From contig CP068257.2 of the NCBI GenBank assembly GCA_009914755.4, forward strand, positions 31,200,001 through 31,264,000: a stretch of 64,000 nt of DNA. Reading direction: 5' to 3'. The position numbers and the translations under genes were made by a program. The stretch's first letter is position 1. Every line of letters begins with the position of its first letter. Positions 29,950 to 44,650 of this stretch are shown here, piece by piece. The notes under the pieces are model-generated. The model was not told the DNA's origin, did no database searches, and saw only the letters and a program-made list of their open reading frames with translations. This stretch comes from the human T2T-CHM13v2.0 reference genome, Homo sapiens.

Positions 29950-32054
29950 TAAAATGTATTTCTGAATGATGGAGATAATTTTCCCATATGATGGTATAGG
30001 AGGCTGATAAGCACAGCCCAGATCTGTGGCTGTGGCTTGGTCTTCTGCATGGTCCAGATCTCCCTTTCCTGCCTTTTCTTCCATGCTCCGGTGATCCATC
30101 CTAGTTGGAGTTCAACCCTTGGGTTTCCCTGGAGCTTTGCTTCTTTGATGCACATGCATGAATTCTTACATTTGCGTATTTTGACATTCTTCATTTCCAA
30201 CAGCTGTGGGCTAAACACTTACAGGCAGGGAGTGGTTTTGTTTTGCAAGCTGCTAGGATATTTGCCAAGAGTTTCATGTTTTCTTATCCTGTATGCAAAG
30301 CCTGTAGAAATGCTTTTAGTTTGTCTTTTGTCTTACTTCTAAGTCTTGCCCTCTGTTTCAGGAGCTGTGGCTGGCGAATCTGGATGTTATGCTGGGACAT
30401 TATTTTTTCACGGGGTTTAATTTCTCTGTCTCTTTAAAAGTTGAATGGACACTGCTTCCATTTCCCTTTGTGATCAATAGAGTGGGCTCATATTTGTAAT
30501 TTCTACACTCATCAAATTATGTCAGTAGGACATAATTTCTTGATGGCCACTTAATCCTGTAAGTGATTTGCTCAACACCTTTGATTTTAATTAAGTGGTT
30601 CCTGAGAATTGTTAAAACAGCAAGCTGTGAATGGAAAATAGATTCAGGAATTTAAATCACACTGAATCCCTGGACATGAGCTCTATGAGGGTAGAGAATT
30701 TTGTCTGTTTTGTACACTGCTGTCTCAACAATAGCTGGCACTTACTAGGCATTGAGTAAATATTTACGGAATAAATGAACGAGAGAATCTAATAAGAAAG
30801 AATGACAACAGCTGATATACTTGGATGCAGAAAAAAAGAATGGAATAACTTTGAATAGTTTAATGTCAAAGTGGATCCCTTTTCTCACTTCTGTGAGTTT
30901 GCTAAGTGTCTTAAATTATCTGAATTACAGTTTCCTTATCCATAAAATAAACACTTGGTAAACCCTAAAGTCTCTTCAAGCCCTAAACTTTTGTGGTGTG
31001 TGATATACAGGTAAGGGATGGTCTAATCTGTGCACCTGCTACAAGGCAGAACCACTATGGAAAAGACAGTTCCAAGTGGAAACTTCCCCAAAACATTTAA
31101 GGAATGGAGGCACTGAAGACTAAATGCATAATCTCAAGGAAGCACTACTGAAGGATCCTATTAGTTTAGACACATAGCTTTCCTTCTCCCTCCCTTTGTT
31201 GCTCCTTCTCTTCCTTCCTCCCTTCCTTCCTTTCACCAGTCTCATTACCACATCAGATGATTAATTGATGGGTCCTATGAATGAAATGAATTTGAAAGCT
31301 AGTCAAACAAAAAAGACATGAGACATTTACTAGTTAAAGCACGTGCTTTCTAATCTGGGGAAACTTGAATATATGGCCTCAGTGGTGTAGCTAGAATTTT
31401 GTTAGTCAATATCATCTTAGTTATAATTACCAAAGTAATGCTCTACAAAATAAATTTTAAGACATTTTGCTGATTATAATCACATTTCCTGAGTAGTTAG
31501 ACATGTTCTGGAATGAATTTATTTTGTCTATTTCAAAATGGCTTAAAGTGCTAGAATTTCTGTTGCTTCCCCAGATTACTCTATACTTTCGTGATTCTCA
31601 CCTTTAACGGTTTTCTGGTTGCTTGGGTATTTTTAAGTCATTATATTTTTCTCACTAGTTGTCTCTTAATTTACTTAAAGGAAGGTATTTGAGCCGTAAC
31701 TCTCTTGACCCCATGCCGATTTCTTGACAGCCTCTTAATCCTGTAAGTGAACAATCCACCAAATTGCCTAGTGGATTTTCTAAAAGTTATATTCCCAATT
31801 CTAGCATAATAGCTTGGTTAGTGTTATTGCACTGAAAGATAGAGGAGATTGTGAAGGCTCATGCACATAATATAAACAGATACATCTTTGAGAAGAGGAA
31901 GAGAATGAGGGAGGAGAGAGCTCCGTGGCTCTCCATCAAACAAGGGTAAAAGTATCTTGTTGGCCCAGAACATATTTTACCTTAAAATTTAAGGATAATT
32001 TAATTTTTAAATGCCAGTTTCATTTCATCATTTACTCTTGTTTTATGGAAATTA

Positions 32055-32735
<681 letters not shown>

Positions 32736-33299
32736 CAAAATAAAAATAAAAAAGTGAAAAAGGAATAAAGAAATAGGAAGAAAGGTATAGAAAGAAGAAG
32801 GAAGCATAGAAACAAGCTAGCTATTGTTACAGCCGTGTTTCTTGAGTGTTGGAGTAGGGAATGATACCGTGATGAAAGCTTTCTGATGCATGGCGACTCC
32901 TGGGAGCCTCACAGTCCCTTCCTTCCTTCCACTGTTCTCCCAGTTTCACCTCCCTTCCTTCCCTCCAATATTTTCTTTTCCTTTCAACTTTGCTTCTCCC
33001 ATTCTCCAATTTCCCTGCTATTTGCTACAATGTGCCTGTTGCTCAGGATACAGTGGTGACAATATGGACAGGAGGGCACACACCTGCAGCTGATCCTCTT
33101 CTTGGGGAAGACAGAGACAAAGCACGTAATCACACAAACCAGTGAAATGATAAATTCTGATAAATGCTGTGACAAAGATGACAAGGAGAGAGTCTAACAG
33201 GGGGACTAATTTAGACTGATGGTCAGCAAAGACCTCTCTGAAGAAATAAAATATTAAAATGAGACTCGAAGGATTAGTAGAAGTTATCCAGAACCAAGG

Positions 33300-33392
33300 G
33301 GTGCGTGTGCACGTGTGCGTGCGTATGTGTGTGCGTGTGTGAGTGTGTGTGTATGCATGTGTGTGTGTATGTGAGTGTGTTGGAGAGGGTGG
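33300..33392. repeat. Imperfect (TG)n / (GTGC)n microsatellite
   Basis: gtgcgtgtgcacgtgtgcgtgcgtatgtgtgtgcgtgtgtgagtgtgtgtgtatgcatgtgtgtgtgtatgtgagtgtg. Confidence 0.9.
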
Positions 33393-33699
33393 AGAAGCAC
33401 ATGCAAAGGCTCTGAGACAGAAGAGGCAGAAAGTGTTAAAGGAGCAGAGAGAAGGCCAGTAGGAGGTGGGCAGGGCTGGAAATGACAGGGGGAGGAGGCT
33501 GTGGATATAATCACTTTGATATAATCTAGAACATCCATTGGAATCCACTGAAGGGCATTGGGTAGCAGGTTAACGAGATTTAAGTCTTAAGGAGGTTGTA
33601 ATGGTTTTAAGAAGACTTTTCTGACCACCCTATAGAATGTGGGTTGCAGTTATTTGAACTAAGGAATGCCGCAATGCACCTCACCAAAGCATAGCTGCC

Positions 33700-33920
33700 G
33701 AGTATAATGGTAGGAGCCGACTGTTCAGGTTCGAATCCCAGCCCTAGGTGTTATTAGCTGTATGACCTTGGACAAGTAAATGAAACGTTTTGTGGCCTAT
33801 TTCTTTGTTTGTAAAGGGAGAATGAAAGTAGTATCACCCAAGGGCTCTTGTGAGGATTCACTGAGCACAATACCATGAGTAAGTGCTCAAGAAACAGTAG
33901 ACATTGTTTTTACCTATTCC
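33700..33920 (+). mobile_element. MIR SINE
   Basis: tRNA-like head ggtaggagccgactgttcaggttcgaatcccagccctaggtgttattagctgtatgaccttggacaagtaaatgaaacg followed by cactgagcacaataccatgagtaagtgctcaagaaacagtagacattg. It is tRNA-derived but not a tRNA gene. Confidence 0.6.
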
Positions 33921-34659
33921 TGAATGTTGCTCTTGTAAGACACAGGTTTGTAAAAAGGTAAAACTCAATAAAACTTTGTAAATGGAAAAACATTTAAAAA
34001 GTTTTCTGGGAAAAGTAGCCCTTAGAAAATCCTTTAATAAAGCCAGCAAGCAAACAAAAAACCAAAACACCATTACCTTTCTTCTTGGAAAATACCGTTT
34101 CCTATGTGAAGTTGCTTAGCACAGGGGACAGTTGTCACGCTGCCTGCTGAGCCTCTGGGCACAGTGAACCAGCCCCATCTTCCTGCTTGAATTCAATCCG
34201 GCAAATTTCAGATGATCTTCTACCTGCAAAATACTGTTATGAGTTAAACTGGTTTTGGCTTCAAGAAACAGAAAATTCCTACTCAATCAGCTGGAGTGTT
34301 GAGGGCACTTTATATTTCACATGGCAGGAGATCTAAAGCAAGGGTGGCCTGGTTTCTGGCTCTGCCTCTCTGGGTCCTTTGACTCTGTCTTTTTCTGATA
34401 CTAGCTTAATCCTCAGGCTGGTGCCAGCATGGACGAGTGGAGAAGGAGACTTACTAAGCAAAATTAGGACTCTGTCAAGAAGGAGGAGAGAAGATGGCCT
34501 GAGGGAAGGCAGCCGACAGCATCACCTGCAGCTCTGCAGGACATCAACCACTGCCCTCAAAACCTCACGCCGTAGGGAGGGACGTGGAGACAGTCACAAG
34601 GAATCTGATCATCAACTAGAATGTCACACTTAGCAGATCAGAGTTTCTTTGTAAAACGC

Positions 34660-34942
34660 TTTTTATTTGAGACAGAATCTTGCTTTGTTACCCAGGCTGG
34701 AGGGCAGTGGTGCCATCTTGGCTCACTGCAACCTCCGCCTCCAGGTTCAAGCCATTCTTGTGCCTCAGCCTCCCAAGTGGGACCACTGGCATGTACCACC
34801 ACACCCAATTAATTTTTCAATTATTTGTAGAGACAGGGTCTCCCTATGTTGTCCAGGCTGGTCTTGAACTCCTGGCCTCAAGTGATCCACTGCCTCAGCC
34901 TCCCAAAGTGCTGGGATTACAGGTGTGAGCCACCACACCCAT
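34660..34942 (-). mobile_element. Alu SINE (antisense, diverged)
   Basis: tttgagacagaatcttgctttgttacccaggctggagggcagtggtgccatcttggctcactgcaacc ... gggattacaggtgtgagccaccacacccatcc. Confidence 0.88.
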
Positions 34943-35179
34943 CCTGGAATGGAGTTTCCATCAAAAGATGTGAGACTATGAAGAAAGATGGATTAATTAT
35001 TTCCTGACTGGTGCCAGAGCTGGCGATATCTGATTAGCTCCTTGAAGAATCAAGAAGAATTGGCTAAAATATAGCTTTCTTTACAGAAAAAAAATATTTT
35101 TTACAATGTCCCTAAAACCAATTTTTAAAAAATTTTATTTTATATATGTTGGGGAAAATGATGGTAAAATACAAGAACA

Positions 35180-35740
35180 TAACATAAAATTTACCATCCT
35201 AACCATTTTTAAATGTACCATTCAGTAGTGCCAAGTATATTTACATTGTTGTGTAACCCATTTCCAGAACTTTTTCATCCTGAAAGAGTGAAACTCTATA
35301 TGCATTAAACAACCCTCCATTTCCCCTCTACCCAACCCCTGGCTATCACCATTCTTCTTTCTGTCTCTACGAACTTGATTACTCTAGGGATCTCATATAA
35401 GTGGATCCATACAGTGTTTATCCTTCTGTGACTGTCTAATTTCACTCAACATAATATTTCTAAGTCCCATCCATGTCACAGCATGTCCCAGAATTTCCTT
35501 CCTTTTTCCAGCTGAATAATATTTCATTGTATGGATGTCTACATCACATTTTGTTTATCTACCCACCCGTCAATGGATAATAACTTCCACTTCTTGGCTA
35601 TTGAAGTGGGTTGCTTCCACTTCCTGGCTATTGTGAATAATGCTGCTATGAACATGCATGTTGCATAAACATCTCTTCAAGACTCTGAGTTCAGTTCTTT
35701 TGGATTAATACTCAGAAGGGAAATTGTCAAGCTTGATTTT
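35180..35740 (+). mobile_element. Ancient L1 (L1M-type) 3'-region fragment
   Basis: ccattcagtagtgccaagtatatttacattgttgtgtaacccatttccagaactttttcatcctgaaagagtgaaactctatatgcattaaacaaccctcc ... ctctagggatctcatataagtggatccatacagtgtttatccttctgtgactg ... ccagctgaataatatttcattgtatggatg ... gctattgtgaataatgctgctatgaacatgcatgt matches the widespread mammalian L1 3'-end consensus. Confidence 0.7.
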
Positions 35741-37689
35741 TAAATCTCTTAGTGGAAAAGTGTGTTTTATTGTAAAAATAATAGTTGAAGGTAGAGGTAT
35801 GATATGTATTTTATTTTATTTTACTTTTTCTTGTTTCCAGTGGAGTTGGTTGATATACATTTTAGAGCTGGACTGCTCAATGTGGTACCCAGGCTAGCAG
35901 CCACAATAGCAGCACCTGAGAGATGGTTCGACCCACAGCAGCTCAGTCAGTAGGGTACTCACTAAACCAGTGTGTACGAGTCATAGGATCCCCAGGTGAT
36001 TCACGTGCATGCTCAGGGTTGAGAAGCTCCGCTCTAGCATTCACATTGCTTTCCTTCCAGGAGTTTACCATCACGAGTATCTCGCCCTCTTTAGTTTTAC
36101 CTTCATTAAAAAATTTTGTCTTCTCTCCTTTTTTAGCTACATACAAATCATTCCTTTTCAATGACTGTGTTAGAAGTCAATATTTAACACTGCAGCTGCA
36201 GAGATCATTTTTTTCTTTCTTTTTCCTATTAACTGTTTCATCTGCTTCTAAAAGAGTCAGGAATTAGAAAAGAAGGCCCACGTTGAGGTGACTGCTAATT
36301 AAGTCCCATCTTGAAGATGATTAGTTTAATACAGCAACAAAACAAACAAGCAAAAAGAGCATATTTTAGTTTTGGTTGAGAAGGGTAGGACAGAGGAAAA
36401 CAGAAGTATGTGAAAAGAATTGCTAAGTGACTGATAAATAGGCTTAAGTTATTTAAACTGGCACTGAGCGCAACTTAAACAGTATGTTTTGCATCATCTA
36501 AATTTCTAAATACCTGGAGTATATTTGTAAACATGGCAATCTAACATGTTATTGAACAGCACATTCATATTCAAATTAGCATAAACGAGGATTTAACAGC
36601 TGATTGCACAGCGTGAATGATAGTAACTAATTGTCAAGTTGGAAAGTTGCACAGATAATAGTACTAATGCGATCAGCACACAGCAATATGACTTACAGTA
36701 GCAAATTCACAAATTTTCAGCTTGCTGCCCAAGTCCTGTACATAAAAGAAGATTCTGAATTAAGGCAATGTGGCCAAAATGGGCAGTCAGAAGGGAAAAG
36801 AAGAGAGAGAAGGAAGAATCGAGCTAGGTTTGAGGGGCGGTGTGAAACTTTTCTTTCCTCCATGCAAGCCTTCACCTCTTTTATAACAGTCATCAATGGG
36901 GCTCCCTGGCCATTCAGTGCTGTCCCTCTTATAGGAAGCAATTGTTCAGAGGTGTGGCTCATTTCAGGCATTAATCTCTGATGAATGGCGGCTGTGCCTG
37001 GAGCCTGCAGGCAGCTGGTCAGTGGAATGTAACAATGACCACAGGAGGAGAATGGGCAAATGCTTCACTGCAGATGCTGCATCCCCAACATTGACCTTGG
37101 TCATTTCCCTCCCAGGGTGGCGTGGCCCCTCGCAGCAGGAGCCTGGCTTTCTGAACAACTGCCATTGTGGGCAAGGTGGCAGCTACCTGCGGGATTTGTC
37201 CCCTCCTAATAACATTTAGACCCAACAGGTGGTCACAATGAGGGGTGGAAATTGAGGCAAACGTGGACAAGACTGCAGAAGGCAAAACACAAAAACAAAA
37301 CCCCTAATTTTCAGGGAGGAACTTTGTTGCAGAGATTAGCGACTACATGCTCAGCAGGTCTGGTCGGAGGATCTGAAGTCCGGGTGTTGAGCAGCCATCA
37401 GGGGAAGTGGCTGTTCTTTCAGCCCAGGGCTTGCCTCCGGCATGTCCTCCATCCACTGGTCACCAGCCTGCAATGTTAGCCAGGAGTACTAGGGACACTT
37501 TGCCCCAAGGTATTTGCAGAACAGTGGGAGGAGGAGAAATGTGACAAATAATTTGGGTCTCTGCCCACTCCTAGTGCCTTCTATGCCTTTAAATCCCTCT
37601 ACACCCCACCAGGAAATATATGTCCCTATCCTTATCCCTTCTCCCCATCCCGATCTCCATCCCCATCCCCATCTCCACCTCTCTGTACC

Positions 37690-37815
37690 TTCACCTCTAC
37701 CTCCATCAGTCTATCATACCTATCTATTATCTATCTATCCATCTATCATACCTGTCTCTATGATCTCTATCATTGCTATCTCTATCATATCTATCTCTAT
37801 AATCTCTATCATTGC

Positions 37816-37858
<43 letters not shown>

Positions 37859-37860
37859 GA
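37690..37860. repeat. (TATC)n / (CTAT)n microsatellite region (degenerate, then pure)
   Basis: ...cagtctatcatacctatctattatctatctatccatctatcatacc... ending in a pure run (ctat)n about 11 units long at 37816-37858. Confidence 0.9.
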
Positions 37861-38236
37861 TATAGTTGGGCTGTGTGTCCCCCTCCCAAATCTCATCTCA
37901 AATTGTAATCCCCATAATCCCCACGTGTCAAGGGAGGACCTGGTGGGAGGTGATTGGATCTTGAGGGCAGTTTCCCCCATGCTGTTCTCATGACAGTGAG
38001 TGAGTTCTCACGAGAGTGAATGGTTTCATAAGTGTTTGGCAGTTCCTCCTGATCTCTCTCTTTCCTGCCTCCTTGTGAAGAAGGTTGCCTGCTTCTCCTT
38101 CTCCTTCCGCCATGATTGTAAGTTTCCTGAAGACTCCCCAGCTATGCAGAACTGTGAGTCAATTAAATCTCTTTCCTTTATAAATTATCCAGTTTTAGGT
38201 ATTTCTTTGTAGCAGTGTGGAAATGGAATGATACAC
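37861..38236 (+). mobile_element. MaLR solo LTR (MST/THE1-type)
   Basis: tatagttgggctgtgtgtccccctcccaaatctcatctcaaattgtaatccccataatccccacgtgtcaagggaggacctggtgggaggtgattggatc ... ctccttccgccatgattgtaagtttcctgaagactccccagctatgcagaactgtgagtcaattaaatctctttcctttataaattatccagttttaggtatttctttgtagcagtgtgg. Confidence 0.85.
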
Positions 38237-38455
38237 TATATATCAATCTCTATCATCTATCTCTATTTATCATGCTTATCTGTCTACCTATCTACCATAT
38301 CTATGATATCTATCATTATCTATCTATCTGTAGCTACTATCTATTGATCTATTTATCTATATCTACTATCTATCTATCATTTATGTATCTCTGCCATCTC
38401 TACCTATCTGTCTATCATCTATCTGTTTCTATTATCTACTATCTACCTATCTAAC
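38237..38455. repeat. Degenerate (TATC)n-like low-complexity region
   Basis: tatatatcaatctctatcatctatctctatttatcatgcttatctgtctacctatctaccatatctatgatatctatcattatctatctatctg... Confidence 0.8.
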
Positions 38456-39079
38456 ACAGAAACATAGATTTGGTCATGTACTACTTATTACTTCTATGCC
38501 TTTAATGACTCTAACCATTATTGACTCTGCGTTGACAACAAAAAGTCTGAACTTTTAACAAGGATTGAAAGTCTTTCACAATCTGTCTTCACCTTGGCTT
38601 TTTAGCATCTTCTTTCCCTCTCCACTCCCCACAACAGGTGACAGATACTGTGCTAGGTACAGTATGTCCTGTACTTCCTCCCTCTCCACTAACCACCCTC
38701 ATCACCCCTCTCACTGCCTCCGATTTCCTTCCCCCCAGGGCCTGGTCTCAGAGCCACACTAGGCCATGGGACTCTTGTGTCCCTGCCCCAACTCTGCTCT
38801 TCCCCCTCTGGCCGCCATCCTTGCGGTCTCCTCTCGAGACTTCTTTTCTCTGTGAACCCCTGTCTCGCTGCACTAATGGCTTCTTCTTCAGAGCTCCCGC
38901 CTGTCGAGAGCCAAACATGGCTGCCTGTCTGCTGGTCTGAGGATTCCTTTCTCACTGTACCCCAGGGCCCAGGAGCATTTCCAGTAGAACAATGTGTGTG
39001 TGGGGGGCAGGGGTAGGTCGGGGGATGAGTGTAGATTGCCTTGCCTGCCTGCAGGGAAGCCAAGGCCTCAGGCTGTAGA

Positions 39080-39300
39080 GCCAGGCAGCTGCTGGTCCTA
39101 GCTGCACCACTTACCAGCTGTGTCCTCTGGGGCCAGTGTCCTCATCTCTCTGAACCTCTTTCGTCAACTGTACAGTGGAGCTCATAACAGCGCCTTCCTC
39201 ACAAGGTTGCTCTGAGGAGTGAAGGAATGAATGCAGGTGCAGGGCTTAGAAGAGAGCTTAGCACACCGTAGGTGCTCAGTTGGCAGAATGTATGTGAACT
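39080..39300 (+). mobile_element. MIR SINE fragment
   Basis: ctgcaccacttaccagctgtgtcctctggggccagtgtcctcatctctctgaacctctttcgtcaactgtacagtggagctcataacagcgccttcctcacaaggttgctctgaggagtgaaggaatgaatg matches MIR core and 3' regions. Confidence 0.55.
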
Positions 39301-40929
39301 CCCTGAGGGCAGGTACCTTGATTGACTCACTCATAGGCTCTCAGCTCCTAAGACCAGGCCTGGCATGACAAAGAATTGAGTGACAGTGATGACCAAGTGT
39401 GAGGATTGGAGTTGGCAGATTCCACAGGGATTTCATCCATGTGGGGCTGAAACAAGCCTCAGGTGACCAGCAAGCCTCTCTCTCCTCTGCATTTGGAAAT
39501 ACTGTGCCTGGGTCATTACTCTTTTGTTACTGTTGCTCCAACTCATCGGGAACCACATACCCTGCCATATTGTCATTCCTGGCCAGACCTGGGGACCAGC
39601 ACTATCCAGCCTCACTGCACGATTTGAAACTGTCTTCAAGAGCATCCTCTACCAGCTTTCCACACTGAAGGTGATTCCATTTTCTCTGCTGCTGCACAGT
39701 TGGCAAGTCACCTGGTCGTGAGGTCTTGACCTATCCCATGTTTGGCTTGGTGCGTTCTCCTGCATGGCTTTGCCGTACCCTGTTGCATGCAGGGAACTTG
39801 CAGCACTTTTGTTTCCCTCACTTTTATATATGTTAGCTTCCCCTGACCTAGCCAAGCTTCTTTTGGATGCAAGTGCCCAAAACAAACTCAAGAAACTGTG
39901 AGAAAGACAAATGGGGTGTGAGTGGTAAGTAAGGGTGGTTTTTCCAAGGAATCAGGGATTGCTCTCGGGAAAGGCTGGAGACAGGCACAGAGGCTACCGT
40001 CTCCACCCCACAGAGCCTGGAACCAGTGTGCCAGAGGGTGGATGTGGGGCAATGGCTTCAGATACAGGTTGTCTGGGAGCAGGTTCCACCCCAGGGCAGG
40101 CCAGAGGAGAGGTTTTGGCCTTGGACAGTCCTTGCTCTGGTGAGCAGTTTGGAGAGAGTTCATTTCCTGAGGTAGGTTACTTTGGGGCTGAGTGAGATGG
40201 GACCTTTATCCAATTTTCCAGGCATTCCTGGGGGACATGTCAGGAAAAGAGCTTCTCAGGGAATGACTCTTAGGGCCTGGTATGACTGGGATTCTCTGAT
40301 GTGGGAGATGGGACCCCACTTCAGCACAGGAAGAAGGTCTGTGCTAAGTCTACCCTTGCACATAGTGAATCATTGGCTTAACTCAGAGACCAAAAGATAC
40401 AGGTGGGCTGGAATTGGAGTGGGAATTGGGGATGGTGTCAGGAGACAATTTATGAGGATTTTTGAGAGATTCTGGGGATTCATCATCTATTTCTCAAAAT
40501 CAAGTCACATATTTCGTAGACAATTTTCATTCCCAAGTTATAAAAGGATGATTCTTAATCCCAGGATAAAATTTGTCATTTTAGGATTTGTGCATTGCTA
40601 AAGACAAGCATTGTTACAAGGAACAAACAGCCAGGTTTCTCAGTATTACTCAGTTACAGAGAAAGTAGGATCTGGTTTTGGTCTCACTTTGCTAATTCAA
40701 ATAGAATTTGTTTTTGTTATGGCTTTTAGATGATCCCTATTTCACAGAAAATGTCTACAGTCTATACATTTTTATTTGTGCCATGGCAAATTCAATTCAG
40801 TTTTACTTTTTAAAATTTTTCACAAGGAAGAGTAAAAATGAGAGGTTAAAAAAAATCTGTATTTCATGAAAGGCTTGTATGACGACAACGAAGCTATTGA
40901 ATTTGGGATGTGAAGACCCTCTTTTCAAC

Positions 40930-41207
40930 ACAATGAGAACAGTTTGTTGTTCAGATTAGACTAGTTCCTGAAATTTACCAAAACCCCAAACAAAATATTA
41001 GCAAATACAATACAGCAATATATAAAAAGAAGAATTTATCTTGACGAAGTGTGGTTTTTACAAGGTACAGAAAATTGGTTGAACATTCAATAAACAATTA
41101 TATCATAAAGAAGCAAAACGTTGTACCATCTCAGTAAATCCAAAGGAATCCCTCAGTGAAATTCAACATCCATCCAAGATTTTAAAAAGCAAACAATCAC
41201 TCCTGAA
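40930..41207 (+). mobile_element. Ancient L1 ORF2 (reverse transcriptase region) fragment, part 1
   Basis: ccaaaaccccaaacaaaatattagcaaatacaatacagcaatatataaaaagaagaatttatcttgacgaagtgtggtttttacaaggtacagaaaattggttgaacattcaataaacaattatatcataaagaagcaaaacgttgtaccatctcagtaaatccaaaggaatccctcagtgaaattcaacatccatcc parallels L1 ORF2 (...caaaatactagcaaaccgaatccaacaacacattaaaaggattatacaccatgatcaagtgggattt...gacaaaattcaacatccattcatg...). Confidence 0.7.
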
Positions 41208-42288
<1,081 letters not shown>

Positions 42289-44575
42289 ATTAGTCCATTT
42301 TCACACTGCTAATAAAGACATACCCAAGACTGAGAAGAAAAAGAGGTTTAATTAGACTTACAGTTACACATGGCTGGGGAGGCCTCAGAATCATGACGGA
42401 AGGCAAAAGGCACTTCTTTCATGTTGGCAGCAAGAGAAAATGAGGAAAAAGCAAAAGCGAAAACCTCTGATAAACCCATCCAATCCCTTGAGACTTATTC
42501 ACTATCACAAGAATAGCATGGGAAAGACCGGCCCCCATGATTCAATTACCCGCCCCCCCCCCGGGTCCCTCCCACAACATATGGGAATTCTGGGAGATAG
42601 AATTCAAGTTGAGATTTGGCTGGGGACACAGTCAAACCATATCATTCCGCCCCTGGCCCTTCCAAATCTTATGTCCTCACATTTCAAAACCAATCATGCC
42701 TTCCCAACAGTTCCCCAAAGTCTTAACTCATTTCAGCATTAACCCAAAAGTCCACAGTCCAAAGTCTCATCTGAGACAAGGCAAGTCCCTTCTGCTTATG
42801 AGCCTGTAAAATCAAAAACAAGTTAGTTACTTCCTAGATACAATGAGGGTACAGGTATTGGGTAAATACAGCTGTTCCAATTGGGAGAAATTGGCCAAAA
42901 CGAAGGGGTTACAGGGCCCATGCAAGTCCAAAATCCAGTGGGGCAGTCAATTTTAAAGCTCCAAAATGATCTCCTTTGACTCTCGGTCTCACATCCAGGT
43001 CACATTGATGCAAGAGGTGGGTTCCCATGGTCTTGGGCAGATCTACCCCTGTGGCTTTGCAGGATATAGCCTCCCTCCCAGCTGCTTTTATGGGCTGGCA
43101 TTGTTTGTGGCTTTTCCACGTGCACGGTGCAAGCTGTTGGTGGATCTACTATTCTGGGGTCTGGAGTATGGCGGCCCTCTTCTCACAGCTTCACTAGGCA
43201 GTGCCCCAGTAGGGACTCTGTGTGGAAGCTCTGACCTGATATTTCCCTTCTGCACTGCCCTAGCAGAGATTCTCCATGAATGCCCTGCCCCTGCAGCAAA
43301 CTTCTGCCTGGGCATCCAGGCATTTCCATGCATCCTCTGAAATCTAGGCGGAGGCTCTCAAACCTCAATTCTTGACTTCTGTGTACCTGCAGGCTCAATA
43401 CCACATGGAAGCTGCCAAGGCTTGGGACTTCCACCCTCTGAAGCCACAGCCCATGCTGTTACATTGGCCCCTTTCAGCCGCGGCTGGAGTGGCTGAGACA
43501 CAGGGCACCAAGTCCACAGCATGGGGATCCTGTGCTGGGCAACGAAACCACTTTTTCTTCCTGGGTCTCCGGGTCTGTGATGACCTGGTGATGTGATGTT
43601 CCGTGTTGCCATGAACGTCTCTGACATGGCCTGGAAACATTTTCCCCATGGTCTTGGGGATTAACATTAGGCTCCTTGCTACTAGTGCAAATTTCTGCAG
43701 CCAGCTTGAATTTCTCCCCAGAAAATGGGTTTTTCATTTCTGTTGCATAGTCAGGCTGCAAATTTTCCCAACTTTTATGCTCTGCTTCTCTTATAAAACT
43801 GAATGCCCTTAACAGCATCCAAATCACTCTTGAATGCTTTGCTGCTTAGACATTTCTTCTGTCAGATACCCTAAATCATCTCTCTGAAGTTCAAAGTTCC
43901 ACAAATCTCTAGGGCAGGGGCAAAATGCTACCAGTTTCTTTGCTTAAACATAACAAGAGTCACCTTTGCTCCAGTTCCCAACAAATTTCTCATCTCCATT
44001 TGAGACCACCTCAGCCTGGATTTTATTGTCCATATTGCTATCAGCATTTTGGGCAAAGCCCTTCAACAAGTCTCTAGGAAGTTCCAAACTTTCCCACATT
44101 TTCCTATCTTCTTCTGAGCCCTCCAAACTGTTCCAATCTCTCCCTGTTACCCAGGTCCAAACTCACTTCCACATTTTTGGGTATCTTTTCAGCAATGCCC
44201 CACTCTACTTGTACCAATTTACTGTATTAGTCCATTTCCACACTGCTTATAAAGACATACCCAAGACTGAGAAGAAAAAGAGATTTAATTGGACTTACAG
44301 TTCCACATGGCTGGGGAGGCCTCAGAATCATGGAGGAAGGCAAAAGGCACTTCTTACATGGCGGCAGCAAGAGAAAATTAGGAAGAAGCAAAAGCGAAAA
44401 CCTCTGATAAACCCATCAGATCTCATGAGACTTATTCACTATCATGAAAATAGCATAGGAAAGACTGGCCCCCATGATTCAATTACCTCCCCTGGGTCCC
44501 TCCCACAACACATGGAATTCTGGGAGATAAAATTCAAGCCAAGATTTGGGTGAGGACACAGCCAAACCATATCAC
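42289..44575 (-). mobile_element. Complete THE1-like MaLR element (LTR 42289-42650, internal 42651-44218, LTR 44219-44575), minus orientation, inserted into the L1
   Basis: Both ends read gtattagtccattt(t/c)cacactgct(a/t)ataaagacatacccaagactgagaagaaaaagag(g/a)tttaatt(a/g)gacttacagtt(a/c)cacatggctggggaggcctcagaatcatg ... cccccatgattcaattacc ... gggtccctcccacaaca ... attcaag...gatttgg...gacaca...ccaaaccatatca. This is the reverse complement of the THE1 LTR consensus TGATATGGTTTGGCTGTGTCCCCACCCAAATCTCATCTTGAATTGTAGCTCCCATAATTCCCACGTGTTGTGGGAGGGACCCAGTGGGAGGTAATTGAATCATGGGGG.... Total 2.29 kb with a ~1.57-kb internal region. The L1 sequence resumes at 44576 (caaagctatagtaatcaagacagtgtggtattgg). 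Confidence 0.85.
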
Positions 44576-44650
44576 TTATTAAAAAGCTATAGTAATCAAG
44601 ACAGTGTGGTATTGGTATGTTGACCAATAAAGTTATAATATTTTATACAT
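44576..44650 (+). mobile_element. Ancient L1 ORF2 fragment, part 3 (continuation after the THE1 insertion)
   Basis: cttattaaaaagctatagtaatcaagacagtgtggtattggtatgttgaccaataaag matches L1 ...ctacaaagctatagtaatcaaaacagcatggtactggcataaaaacagacacatagaccaatgg. Confidence 0.65.

Noticed and set aside
33700-33790. tRNA-like sequence with a GTTCGAATCC T-loop motif (possible tRNA gene).
   Set aside because: It is the tRNA-derived head of a MIR SINE and continues into the MIR core (gtatgaccttggacaagtaaatgaaacg...). There is no cloverleaf with an intact acceptor stem and no CCA-compatible 3' end.
37690-38455. Short-period repeats ((TATC)n, and (CA)n and (AAAT)n elsewhere) that could be mistaken for a CRISPR array.
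   Set aside because: Unit lengths are 2-5 bp with no unique spacers, which is typical of eukaryotic microsatellites. CRISPR repeats are 24-48 bp separated by unique spacers of similar length.
43966-44553. 195-aa plus-strand ORF.
   Set aside because: It lies entirely within the interior and 3' LTR of the THE1-like MaLR element (42289-44575). It is repeat-derived and not a host gene.
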